From the NCBI GenBank assembly GCA_965230295.1, contig OZ246001.1:2112001-2176000 (forward strand): a stretch of 64,000 bases of DNA, in the 5' to 3' direction. The stretch comes from Marinicella sp. (GTDB taxonomy: Bacteria; Pseudomonadota; Gammaproteobacteria; Xanthomonadales; Marinicellaceae). Positions 48,964-57,776 of the stretch are shown piece after piece. The position numbers and the translations under genes are program-made. The notes beneath the pieces were generated by a model. It searched no databases and was not told the origin of the DNA. It was given only the letters and a program-made list of their open reading frames with translations. How positions within the stretch are numbered: the stretch's first letter is position 1; the number at the start of each line of letters is the position of its first letter.

Positions 48964-50436
48964 TTATTGGAATATATAACCCACGATGGTTAACACCACG
49001 GTATAAGGTAAAGCCATATACACCATCCTCATGTAACCCAGACGGATGGCTGGTGCCAATGCTGAAGTCAACAAGAACAAGAATGCGGCTTGCCCGTTAG
49101 GGGTGGCCACACTGGGTAGGTTGGTACCCGTGTTGATTGAAACTGCCAATGCATCAAAATGTTCCCGGCTGATGTTCCCGGCATCAAATTGGGCTTTGAC
49201 TTCGTTGATGTATACGGTTGCCACAAAGACGTTATCACTGATGGCTGACAAGATTCCATTGGCCAGGAAGAAAGCTTTGGGTTGTTGTTCAATGGGAAGG
49301 GCCAACACCCATTCAATAACGGGCGTGAATAAATGTAAGTCATGAATCATGCCAACAATCACAAAGAAAATACACAGTAACGAAACGAAAGGTAATGACT
49401 CTTCAAATGCGTGTCCGATGCGGTGTTCTTCATTGATGCCGGTAAAGGCTGTCACCAACACCAACAACATCAAGCCGATCAATCCGGGTTGCATGATGTG
49501 TAAAGCCAAGGCGGCAATTAACAGCAAGCCACTGACCGCCTGAACGATCAAAGCATAGGTTTCTTTTTTGCTACGTTTGGCGTCTTCTTCATGCAAGTAG
49601 TTTTCTAAAATCTTGCGTACGCCGGGATCCAGTTGCCCGCCAAATCCGAACTTTTTGGTGACCTCTAGAACAATCACAGTTAATAAACCGGCGATGACAG
49701 CTGGGAAGGTGACATGTGCCATTTCAGCAGCAAATTGAAGAAAATTCCATCCCATTTTTTCACTGATCAACAGGTTCTGTGGTTCGCCAACTTGAGTACA
49801 TACACCACCCAATGCAGTACCTACAGCACCATGCATCACCAATGAGCGAAGGAAAGCACGAAATTCTTCAAGGGTATCGCCACCCATCTGTTCACGGTCT
49901 TTGATTGCATTGTCATCGTAATCAATATTCAAGGTGGAATGAACCTTTTCATAAACACCATACAGTGCGACAAATACAGTGATCAACACTGCCATCACTG
50001 TCAGGGCGTCTAGGAAGGCAGACAGTACAGCCGCAGAAACGGAGAACATCAATGACAACACAATTTTATTTTTTACTTTAAGCAGAATCTTACCGAAGAT
50101 AAAGATCAGCAGCGGTTGCATGAAGTAAATAAAACTCACCATAAACACCAACAGCATGATAACGCCAAGATTGGTTTGAATTTCATACCACACTGTTTCC
50201 GGACTGGTCAGCCCTAAAGCCAATGCCGCAATGGCCAACAAGCCACCTGATTGCAGGGGGTAGCATTTCAATGCCAGTGCCAGCGTCATGATAAACATGG
50301 CGATAAAAGCCCAACCCATGATGGTCTCTCCCAACAACAGGGTCAATGGGTAACAGGCCAGTAAGAAAGCGATGATGGCGTTTTTAAACCACCTTGGGCT
50401 GTTGCCTAAAAATTCAGCATAAAAGGTATTCAGCAT
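48964..50436 (-). CDS. nhaB: Na+/H+ antiporter NhaB
   Basis: LKCYPL, LSAFLDALTV, VGEPQNL, INTGTNLPSVATPNGQAAFLFLLTS. Confidence 0.96.
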   Translation of the reverse strand: MLNTFYAEFLGNSPRWFKNAIIAFLLACYPLTLLLGETIMGWAFIAMFIMTLALALKCYPLQSGGLLAIAALALGLTSPETVWYEIQTNLGVIMLLVFMVSFIYFMQPLLIFIFGKILLKVKNKIVLSLMFSVSAAVLSAFLDALTVMAVLITVFVALYGVYEKVHSTLNIDYDDNAIKDREQMGGDTLEEFRAFLRSLVMHGAVGTALGGVCTQVGEPQNLLISEKMGWNFLQFAAEMAHVTFPAVIAGLLTVIVLEVTKKFGFGGQLDPGVRKILENYLHEEDAKRSKKETYALIVQAVSGLLLIAALALHIMQPGLIGLMLLVLVTAFTGINEEHRIGHAFEESLPFVSLLCIFFVIVGMIHDLHLFTPVIEWVLALPIEQQPKAFFLANGILSAISDNVFVATVYINEVKAQFDAGNISREHFDALAVSINTGTNLPSVATPNGQAAFLFLLTSALAPAIRLGYMRMVYMALPYTVVLTIVGYIFQ

Positions 50437-50716
50437 GATTGCTCCAAAAATATCATATGATAGAGATGTTTAAACCCAGCGGCTTAAACAAACCAACCGC
50501 CATCCATGTACTTATAGGATTTTGGTAAAAACAAAGCCCTGCATTTTAGCATGAGAATAACAAAATCATACCCATGTTGAAACGAAAATTTAACCCCAAA
50601 TGCCCATGATACGTACTTATTATTGCGATTTTTTGGTGATTTCTCCAAAGCTGTATCAAAGGATAATGCTTCACATCAATAGACAGTTGTTCAAACCGTT
50701 GGGTTAAAATAGCCAA

Positions 50717-51721
50717 ATGCGTTCTGTTGTAGACTTTATTCCTGGCATTTTATGGGTTGGCTTGCTGGCATTTTTGGCAGTATTATTGGCCGGTTATTTT
50801 AAATTCAGTGAGACTTTGGTGGCCATTTTATTGGGCTTTGTCTTAGGGAATGTATGGCGTCAGCCTGAATCGATGGTCCCCGGTATTCATTGGTCGGAAT
50901 GTCAGGGCTTGTCCATTGCCGTGGCGTTATTGGGGGTGCAATTGAATGCCAACATTTTGACTCAAATCAATGGAGCCACATTGGTGTTTATAGCAGTGGC
51001 CATGTTGTTCACTTTTGTAGTTACTGTGTTGTTGGCCAAATGGTGGCGGATACAAGGCAATCAGGCTTGTTTGTTGGCCAGTGGTCAGGCCATATGTGGT
51101 TCAGCGGCAGTGATGGCAACCCAAAACATTGTAAAAGCACCGGCTGCCCAAGTCGGTATGACAGTCGGTTTGGTTAATTTTCTGGGTTTTTTGGGGATCT
51201 TTATCACGACTTGGATGGCCACATATTTTGACTTCAATACAGCCGTAGACTCTGGGTTGTTGATCGGGAATACATTGCAATCTATGGGGCATGTGGTAGC
51301 TGCTGGGTTCAGCATCAGTGATGAAGCGGGTCATGCAGCGGTGTTGGTAAAAATGTGCCGCATTTTGTTTTTGGTGCCGGTGCTGTTGATACTGATAGTC
51401 ACGATGAATCCTCGAAAAAAGTCAGGAATTAAGACGGGCCACGATGGACAAGACCAAATCCACTGGTTGAAACTGGTTCCATTGTTTATCTGGGTGTTCT
51501 TATTGCTCAGTTTTTTGTCCAGCATGGGTTGGGTGCCCAACGCTTTACAAGCCCAAATAAATCTGGTCAGTGATGCCATGTTTGTGATGGCTATGGTGGC
51601 CATTGGTTTGAACATCAGTATCAATGAAATCAGACGACAAGGTCGTCAATTATTGTTGCTGGGTGGGGTGGTGTTTATTTTACAACTTGGATTTACGACC
51701 GTTTACTTATTTAACTTCTAA
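50717..51721 (+). CDS. YeiH / putative sulfate exporter family membrane protein
   Basis: G.AICGSAA.MA, HVVAAG, VKM.R motifs, about 10 TM. Confidence 0.88.
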   Translation: MRSVVDFIPGILWVGLLAFLAVLLAGYFKFSETLVAILLGFVLGNVWRQPESMVPGIHWSECQGLSIAVALLGVQLNANILTQINGATLVFIAVAMLFTFVVTVLLAKWWRIQGNQACLLASGQAICGSAAVMATQNIVKAPAAQVGMTVGLVNFLGFLGIFITTWMATYFDFNTAVDSGLLIGNTLQSMGHVVAAGFSISDEAGHAAVLVKMCRILFLVPVLLILIVTMNPRKKSGIKTGHDGQDQIHWLKLVPLFIWVFLLLSFLSSMGWVPNALQAQINLVSDAMFVMAMVAIGLNISINEIRRQGRQLLLLGGVVFILQLGFTTVYLFNF

Positions 51722-52519
51722 GCGCTGTCCAACACGCATTTGTATGGGGGTTGAGGGGCTGTTGTTGGTCATGCCATTGATGCCAAACACGGCTTTATTT
51801 TGGTGAGAAAACCGATTCTTCAAAGTTTTCAAGACTTCGGAGCCTGTCATTTCACCGGTGTCTTGGTTGACCCCGGTCATGACACATCGTGCACAAGGTT
51901 TAACCAATTGTATAATTTGACCACTTGAGTTTATCAATTGTTGCCATTGCAGTTCATTCCAGGCCGGTTGGGTGGAACAGACCACAATGTTGGGACGAAA
52001 TCGCTCCATGCCTATGGGTGCAGAGAGGACTTCATTCAACTGCTCCAGTGATGCTTCATGTGTCACTAAAATCGGGTAGCCATCGGCGAATGCCACTGCT
52101 TGTCCTTGTTGGGCAAAGTCAGGATCAATTTGTCTAAAGCTTTGTTGGCCATAATGGACCAGATGAACCGGAATTCCTAAGTAATCTGTGAACCATCGGT
52201 CAACTTCTTGGCTGAATGTATCAGCCATTAAGCTGTCTTGCCAAACTTTGACTTCGGTGGTGCCATGGTTGCCTTGTAAATCGATTGTTAATGAACGCAT
52301 CCCCGGGGCATTCAGGATCAAGTTTTCTGTGGTGAGTCGGGGCTGGACCAATGCCAATGTAGGGTGCTTTCTTTGACTTAAAAACAAACCGTCAGAGTCT
52401 ACCAACATCCATTGACGGTCTCCCACTAAGCCCAAAGCATCAATGACAACAGATTCATGGCTGATGCCAGCACATGATTTGATTGGATAGCTGATGAGTT
52501 GGGTGATTTTAACTGACAT
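51707..52519 (-). CDS. MOSC domain protein (YcbX-like)
   Basis: YPIKSC, DRQWM, FADGYP, RFRPNIV, KPCARC; start ATG 52519. Confidence 0.92.
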   Translation of the reverse strand: MSVKITQLISYPIKSCAGISHESVVIDALGLVGDRQWMLVDSDGLFLSQRKHPTLALVQPRLTTENLILNAPGMRSLTIDLQGNHGTTEVKVWQDSLMADTFSQEVDRWFTDYLGIPVHLVHYGQQSFRQIDPDFAQQGQAVAFADGYPILVTHEASLEQLNEVLSAPIGMERFRPNIVVCSTQPAWNELQWQQLINSSGQIIQLVKPCARCVMTGVNQDTGEMTGSEVLKTLKNRFSHQNKAVFGINGMTNNSPSTPIQMRVGQRLEVK

Positions 52520-53204
52520 ATCTTGTTGGGTCCGGTAGGTTGGCTTCAGCGAATCCTTTTTTGCGGTAATGGCAGGAGTCACAAACGCCACAGGCAGCGC
52601 CACTGGCATCGGCGTTGTAACAACTGACAGTTTGGCTGTAATCAAAACCCAGTGAGTCGCCGAGTAGGATGATTTGTGCCTTGTCCAAATCTATCAACGG
52701 TGTGATGATGTGAAGCTGTTGACCTTCTACACCCGCTTTGGTGGCCAGGTTGGCCATGGTTTCGAAGGCACTGATGTATTCTGCCCGGCAGTCTGGATAG
52801 CCTGAATAATCAACAGCAGTCACTCCAATAAAGATGGCTTGGGCACCGACCACTTCCGCATAAGCAAGGGCGGTGGAAAGAAAAATGGTGTTGCGGGCTG
52901 GGACATAAGTGACTGGGATGACATCATCTGTCGAACCATATTCTGGAACTTCAATCTCTGCATCAGTCAGGGCAGAACCACCCATAGAATCCAAGTTGAT
53001 TTGGACCACTTTGTGTGGGTTCTTGGTCATGGACTGGGCTATGTTTGCTGAAGCATTCAATTCTGCCAAATGTCGCTGACCATAGTCAATCGACAGGGTA
53101 TAACAGTCATAGCCCTGGTCTTTGGCCACAGCCAAACAGGTGGAAGAATCCAAACCGCCAGACAGCAAGACCACACATTTATTTTTGTTTGATGATTTTG
53201 TCAT
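52509..53204 (-). CDS. queC: 7-cyano-7-deazaguanine synthase
   Basis: [26 protein letters not shown]...CGVCDSC; start ATG 53204. Confidence 0.97.
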   Translation of the reverse strand: MTKSSNKNKCVVLLSGGLDSSTCLAVAKDQGYDCYTLSIDYGQRHLAELNASANIAQSMTKNPHKVVQINLDSMGGSALTDAEIEVPEYGSTDDVIPVTYVPARNTIFLSTALAYAEVVGAQAIFIGVTAVDYSGYPDCRAEYISAFETMANLATKAGVEGQQLHIITPLIDLDKAQIILLGDSLGFDYSQTVSCYNADASGAACGVCDSCHYRKKGFAEANLPDPTRYVS

Positions 53205-53215
53205 AGTCTTAATAA

Positions 53216-53872
53216 TCAGGTTCCGGGTTGATCGCCCCACAAGTGTTTGTGCAACTGAATTTGAAAACGTACAGGTAAATGGTCCTTTAATATCCATTCA
53301 GCCAAAATTTTTGGATTCAGCACATCGGCAACAGGAGAAAATAAAACCTGGCAATGCGATGACAAGTTATGTTCAGCCAAGATGCCTTTACTCCACTGAT
53401 AATCATGTTCATCCGCAATCACAAATTTGACTTGGTCATTGGGGGTTAACAAAGGCAGGTTTTCATAACGGTTTTTGTTAACTTCACCGGAACCTGGTGC
53501 TTTCAAATCGACCACTTTCATGACCGCTGGATTGACGTCATCAATGGGCAATGAGCCTGCGGTTTCCAGACTCACCCTGAAACCTTCTTCAACCAATAAA
53601 TCCAACAAACCCAAAACGCGTTTTTGTGCCAGTGGCTCGCCACCGGTGACACAAACATAGGGTGTTTTGTGTTGTTTGATGGCCAACAGGATGTCATCGA
53701 AATGCATCCATTGTCCGCCATGAAAAGCATACTCGGTATCACACCAGGTACAACGCAGAGGACAGCCGGTCAGGCGGACAAATACTGTGGGCAGGCCAGA
53801 CAAGCTGCTTTCACCTTGTAATGAGTGAAAGATTTCATAAATTTTAAGTTGCTTGTCACGTGATTCGTTCAA
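53216..53872 (-). CDS. queE: 7-carboxy-7-deazaguanine synthase (radical SAM)
   Basis: [27 protein letters not shown]. Confidence 0.96.
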   Translation of the reverse strand: MNESRDKQLKIYEIFHSLQGESSLSGLPTVFVRLTGCPLRCTWCDTEYAFHGGQWMHFDDILLAIKQHKTPYVCVTGGEPLAQKRVLGLLDLLVEEGFRVSLETAGSLPIDDVNPAVMKVVDLKAPGSGEVNKNRYENLPLLTPNDQVKFVIADEHDYQWSKGILAEHNLSSHCQVLFSPVADVLNPKILAEWILKDHLPVRFQIQLHKHLWGDQPGT

Positions 53873-54729
53873 TTAATTTTACCTTCCCGCTTGAGTAAGT
53901 TCAGCCGGTTTTGTGCCAGCCTGGATACTGATTCATTGGGGAACGAGTCGACCACCTTATTCAGCGCTTGTTCGGCCTGTTGGTAGTCTTCCAATTCATG
54001 GTAAGTGTAACCAATCTTCAGCAAGGCGTCTGATAATTTACTGCTCAGGGGGAATTGTTGTTCCAGTGACTGGAATGCTGACAGTGCCAAAGGGTAATTG
54101 CGAGTCACATAGTATGATTCGCCCAACCAATAATATGAATTGTCAGTCAGTTCATGGTTGGGATGTTGTTGAATGAAGTCTTCAAACAGCCTGGCAGATT
54201 CATTGAATCGACCGGCTTTCAATTGCGTAAAAGCGGATTGATACATTTGCTCAATGGCTGGATCTGTGGTGGTTGATTGTGCATTGATGTTTCCTTGGTT
54301 TAAGGTATTGGTAGACAATTGCGCATCCACTGACTCCCGAACAACCGGTGCAGCCAGGGTTACACTTTGGGTTTGAGCACCCGTATCCTGAATGGCACTG
54401 TCTACAACCAATTCATTTTTTGGGGTATTGGATTGTGACAAGGAATTGGTTTCTAGTTGAGCCAGGCGGCTGTCCATATCTACATAGAGTACTTTCTGAC
54501 GTTCTTTCAATTCATTGATTTGAAAGTTTTGTTCTTCTATGGTGCCCTGTAGTTGAGCGATTTGTGTTTGCAACTGCTGAATTTGGATGACCAAATCAGC
54601 CACGTTGGTGTTGTTTTGTAGACCGGCTTGTTGTTCCAGTTTCTGGATGCGGTCTTGAATGGACATCTTCTGTGCCGTGGCCAGTTGACCGAACAACAGG
54701 ATAAAACAAGTGATGATGACGTGTTTCAT
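53869..54729 (-). CDS. cpoB: Cell division coordinator CpoB (YbgF)
   Basis: Signal peptide, coiled coil, TPR (YYWLGESYY, DALLKIG); downstream of pal. Confidence 0.93.
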   Translation of the reverse strand: MKHVIITCFILLFGQLATAQKMSIQDRIQKLEQQAGLQNNTNVADLVIQIQQLQTQIAQLQGTIEEQNFQINELKERQKVLYVDMDSRLAQLETNSLSQSNTPKNELVVDSAIQDTGAQTQSVTLAAPVVRESVDAQLSTNTLNQGNINAQSTTTDPAIEQMYQSAFTQLKAGRFNESARLFEDFIQQHPNHELTDNSYYWLGESYYVTRNYPLALSAFQSLEQQFPLSSKLSDALLKIGYTYHELEDYQQAEQALNKVVDSFPNESVSRLAQNRLNLLKREGKIN

Positions 54730-54759
54730 AAGCAACCTCGTATTTTAAAATTTAACATG

Positions 54760-54787
54760 AAAAAAACCCGACATAAGCCGGGTTTTT
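54760..54787 (-). terminator. Terminator-like hairpin between pal and cpoB
   Basis: A7-CCCG-ACATAAGC-CGGG-T5. Confidence 0.7.
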
Positions 54788-54809
54788 GACCATCTTGCAG
54801 GGCTAAAGT

Positions 54810-55340
54810 TTATTCTGCAGTATAAACAATGACACCACGACGGTTTTTAGACCAACATGAATCATTGCTACAGGTGGCCTCTGGTCTTTCTTCACCATAA
54901 CTCACCACGGTGACTTGTCCGGCAGTGGCACCTTGGGCGCGCAGTAAGTTGGCTACTGCATAACCCCTTTTCTCACCCAGAGCCAAGTTGTACTCTCTGG
55001 AACCGCGTTCATCAGCATGGCCTTCAACGGTCATGCGTGCTGACGGGTTGGCTGCCAGGTATTGTGCGTGCAAGCCCAACATTTCACGAAATTCTGATCG
55101 GATGGTGGCCATGTCATAATCAAAGTAAACCACGCGTTTTGATAACAAGCTGTTTGGGTTGGTTAAATCAGCCGGGTTACAGCAGATCAGGCCATCAGTT
55201 CGAACCGGAGTGGTTTCAACCACAGTGGTGTCTGTATTGGTGTCGGTGTTGTCTACTTCTGGTTTGACTTCGTCTTTTTTACAGGCGGTCATCGCCAGTG
55301 CGAAAATTAATACGGTTGTTAATTTTGTTATTTTGTTCAT
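54810..55340 (-). CDS. pal: Peptidoglycan-associated lipoprotein
   Basis: Lipobox MTAC, VYFDYD, EGHADERGSREYNLALGE.R, SYGEERP, KNRR. Confidence 0.97.
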   Translation of the reverse strand: MNKITKLTTVLIFALAMTACKKDEVKPEVDNTDTNTDTTVVETTPVRTDGLICCNPADLTNPNSLLSKRVVYFDYDMATIRSEFREMLGLHAQYLAANPSARMTVEGHADERGSREYNLALGEKRGYAVANLLRAQGATAGQVTVVSYGEERPEATCSNDSCWSKNRRGVIVYTAE

Positions 55341-55496
55341 AGTTACTCCAAGGCTTTTTTATGAAATATCATTCAACGATGTAGTTTACATCAAATACCT
55401 GATAATTGAATGAACTTTTTGTCGAATTATCGCTGCTACAGGTATTAAAGCCCATGAATGCATTCAATACTGTGATTGAGTCGCAGTTTTATCACG

Positions 55497-55563
55497 ATTT
55501 ACCCGGCAAAACCCCACCTATATGGCTTTTTGTCACCATTGATGGGGTAGATTCTGGGTAAAT
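55497..55563. repeat. Long imperfect hairpin abutting the structured element
   Basis: ATTTACCC...ACCCCA...ATGG / CCAT...TGGGGT...GGGTAAAT nested inverted repeats. Confidence 0.6.
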
Positions 55564-56196
55564 AAGGAATGTTCTTGGGGCTCCATTCTGGTTCATGGTC
55601 TGACAGGTCTTCATATTTGCTGCGCAAATAAACCGACCTTTACAGACTATTGTTTGAGCAGTTGCTTCGCACTGCATGTCTGTTCCAGACAAAAGTGAAA
55701 ACGACTGCTTACATGGATGTAAGTATGCAGCGATAGCAGGCAGGAATTGTTCCCAACAATTCTCTGCATTCACCCCGTCCTGGGGATCGATGCGGTAGCT
55801 GCCGAGGCGAACATGACTTGCTACCTCGCACGCACTACGGCATTCAAATCGGGCTTCTTTATCTTCGATAAAACCGCCCAACTTTCATTGCCTGTGCTAT
55901 AACGCCATTCACATAAGGTTTCTTGACTTCGTCAAATCACCATATGTTCATTGGCTATTCTCTTCGCCTCTGATTGGCTTACATGGAAGTAAGTCCTCTG
56001 AGGAGGCAGGATGCCGGTATCAGAGGTGACTACATGGATGTAGGTCTGCCGCGATAGCAAGGAGCGATAGCGGCCGCAACATCAATAGCTCACGGCTTAT
56101 CGCTCATTGCATAAAGGTTCCTTTGCTTCGCAAAACCACCTTTATTCCACTCACTGCCTAACCGGCTTGGCGGGTCAAGCTGCTCAGCAGCTTTCC
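55563..56196. repeat. Long (634 bp) copy of the dispersed structured element with five hairpin inserts
   Basis: Blocks 55563-55588, 55681-55705, 55806-55829, 55960-55975, 56075-56093 and 56160-56196 match 1812-1961 in order; last block 36/37 identical. Confidence 0.92.
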
Positions 56197-56260
56197 GATC
56201 TATCACCGTTGGCGATTCATCAACCTGTTTTGAGTTGTCCCTGGATGAATCATTAGGGCT

Positions 56261-56851
56261 TCAGTATTTCTTTTTGGCTTGGGCTAGCCATGCTTGGTTG
56301 AGTCTCTTTTTGTCAGCTTCATCAAAGATAACCAGCTTGACAGGTTTTTCCCCTTGTTTGATTTTTTCCCATGTTTTGTTGGCTTTTTGTAGCCTCTTGC
56401 TGGCTTTCTTTGGGTCTTTGTCCGTTTTACTGTGCCAGTTGTTTAAACCATTCACAGGCTGGCCTTTGAATGAGCCATCCCAGAATAACAACAGTTGTCC
56501 ATCGATGATTTTATAGGATTGAGGGTTGGCTGGGGTTAATTGTCCACTGCCAGAGAGCATCAGTGAACACCAGCCACCATGAGCCGGCAAGTAGTCTTGC
56601 GGGTTGGCTTTGAACAGATCCAGTTGTTCCTGATTGGTCAGGTGGTAGGTGATGCCGTTCACTTGATGGGTAAATTCAGCCTTACCTAACTCTGCTTTGT
56701 TGTCGGTGAAATAGGAAACCGGACTGTAACCATCTATACCCAAACCATTTGAATCAATCCTGATAAATGACGCTGTATCGGTGTCAGCCTGGATGTTCGC
56801 CGTTGTAAAAATGACCATCAACATCAAGAGTTTTAATCGAATTGTGTGCAT
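56261..56851 (-). CDS. YHS domain-containing protein (Cys form), secreted
   Basis: GIDGYSPVSYF, FKANP..YLPAHGGWC, YKIIDGQL.LF; GAGG RBS before ATG 56851. Confidence 0.85.
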   Translation of the reverse strand: MHTIRLKLLMLMVIFTTANIQADTDTASFIRIDSNGLGIDGYSPVSYFTDNKAELGKAEFTHQVNGITYHLTNQEQLDLFKANPQDYLPAHGGWCSLMLSGSGQLTPANPQSYKIIDGQLLLFWDGSFKGQPVNGLNNWHSKTDKDPKKASKRLQKANKTWEKIKQGEKPVKLVIFDEADKKRLNQAWLAQAKKKY

Positions 56852-56891
56852 AAAGACCTCGTTGTAAATCATTTATTGAGCGACAATGAAA

Positions 56892-56941
56892 GGGTGAATT
56901 TCAACCCAGTGGGATGAAATTGGCTCTATCAGGGCTGAAAT
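56892..56941 (-). promoter_or_regulatory. Candidate LytTR direct-repeat binding sites
   Basis: Minus-strand ATTTCAGCCC, ATTTCATCCC and AATTCACCC at 21- and 20-bp periodicity upstream of the YHS gene. Confidence 0.5.
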
Positions 56942-56964
56942 CATTGCAGAATGATTTCAGCCCT
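56931..56964. terminator. Perfect 15-bp hairpin spanning the LytTR stop codon
   Basis: AGGGCTGAAATCATT-GCAG-AATGATTTCAGCCCT. Confidence 0.5.
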
Positions 56965-57772
56965 CATTCTGAGTCAATGAAGAAGTTTGGTCTGTTTTGG
57001 TCAGCTGGCTTTGATTCCATGCTGTCATCAATGTTTGTTTCTTGTTTTGGCTGATGGGCAGTGAGGTGCCATCTTGCATGATCACCCTTTGTGCTTCAAC
57101 TTGATCTATGTGGCTTAAGTTAATCAGGGTCGAACGGTGGATTTGGGTATGATGTGCCCCCAACAGCTCTTTGAAAGCTTTTAAGGTGCTTCTGGTTTTG
57201 TATGCTTTGTTTTTATACCAAAAATTGATGTAATTACCGCTAGATTTTAACCACATGATTTTCCGTACATCACAATTCAAATGACCCAAAGATGTCTTGA
57301 TCACCTGGGTGTCTTGATCTGCTGCATTTTGTATGGGTAGCTTCCAAGCCCAATATGCCAGACTGGCAAAATACAAGACCACCTCAACCACAATCCAACG
57401 GTAAAACAGTTCAAAATAAACCAAATAAAAAATGGCATTTTTTACTTTTTCAGGGGTGATAACCCACAGTAATACACATACAAAAAGCAAATGCACGGCA
57501 CCCAATGACAGTGCCTCCAATGAATGGATGGGCCAGCTGAAACGCATTTCCGGGTTACGCAGCCGTCGATATCCCTGCCACATACAGATGGCCAACCAAC
57601 TGTAATAGGCCACCAAAACATAAGTCAACTCTCGAAAAAAAATGTGGTTGCTGAAGCCTTGAAAATGCCAGGTTCGGAGTAAATCAATGATGATAAAGAA
57701 ACTTAAAAACAACCAAGGGATGAAGAATAAATTTTTATTGTTCCTAAGATATGAGAAAAAACCTGTGGTCAT
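56957..57772 (-). CDS. Membrane-anchored LytTR family regulator (no receiver domain)
   Basis: About 4 TM helices, then I.WLKSSGNY, R.TLK, QIHRS.LIN, LPIS. Confidence 0.88.
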   Translation of the reverse strand: MTTGFFSYLRNNKNLFFIPWLFLSFFIIIDLLRTWHFQGFSNHIFFRELTYVLVAYYSWLAICMWQGYRRLRNPEMRFSWPIHSLEALSLGAVHLLFVCVLLWVITPEKVKNAIFYLVYFELFYRWIVVEVVLYFASLAYWAWKLPIQNAADQDTQVIKTSLGHLNCDVRKIMWLKSSGNYINFWYKNKAYKTRSTLKAFKELLGAHHTQIHRSTLINLSHIDQVEAQRVIMQDGTSLPISQNKKQTLMTAWNQSQLTKTDQTSSLTQNEG

Positions 57773-57776
57773 TGGA

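Noticed and set aside
53216-53872. dpd-type DNA deazaguanine modification cluster
   Set aside because: queE-queC after pal-cpoB is the ordinary tRNA queuosine context; no dpdA/tgt paralog is present.
55492-55881. 129-aa minus-strand ORF
   Set aside because: Lies across the hairpin element and has no recognisable motifs; likely spurious.
55563-56196. CRISPR array, integron attC array or group II intron interpretation
   Set aside because: No identical repeats with regular spacers, no cas or intI genes, no cassette ORFs, and I could not see group II domain V or the GUGCG 5' end.
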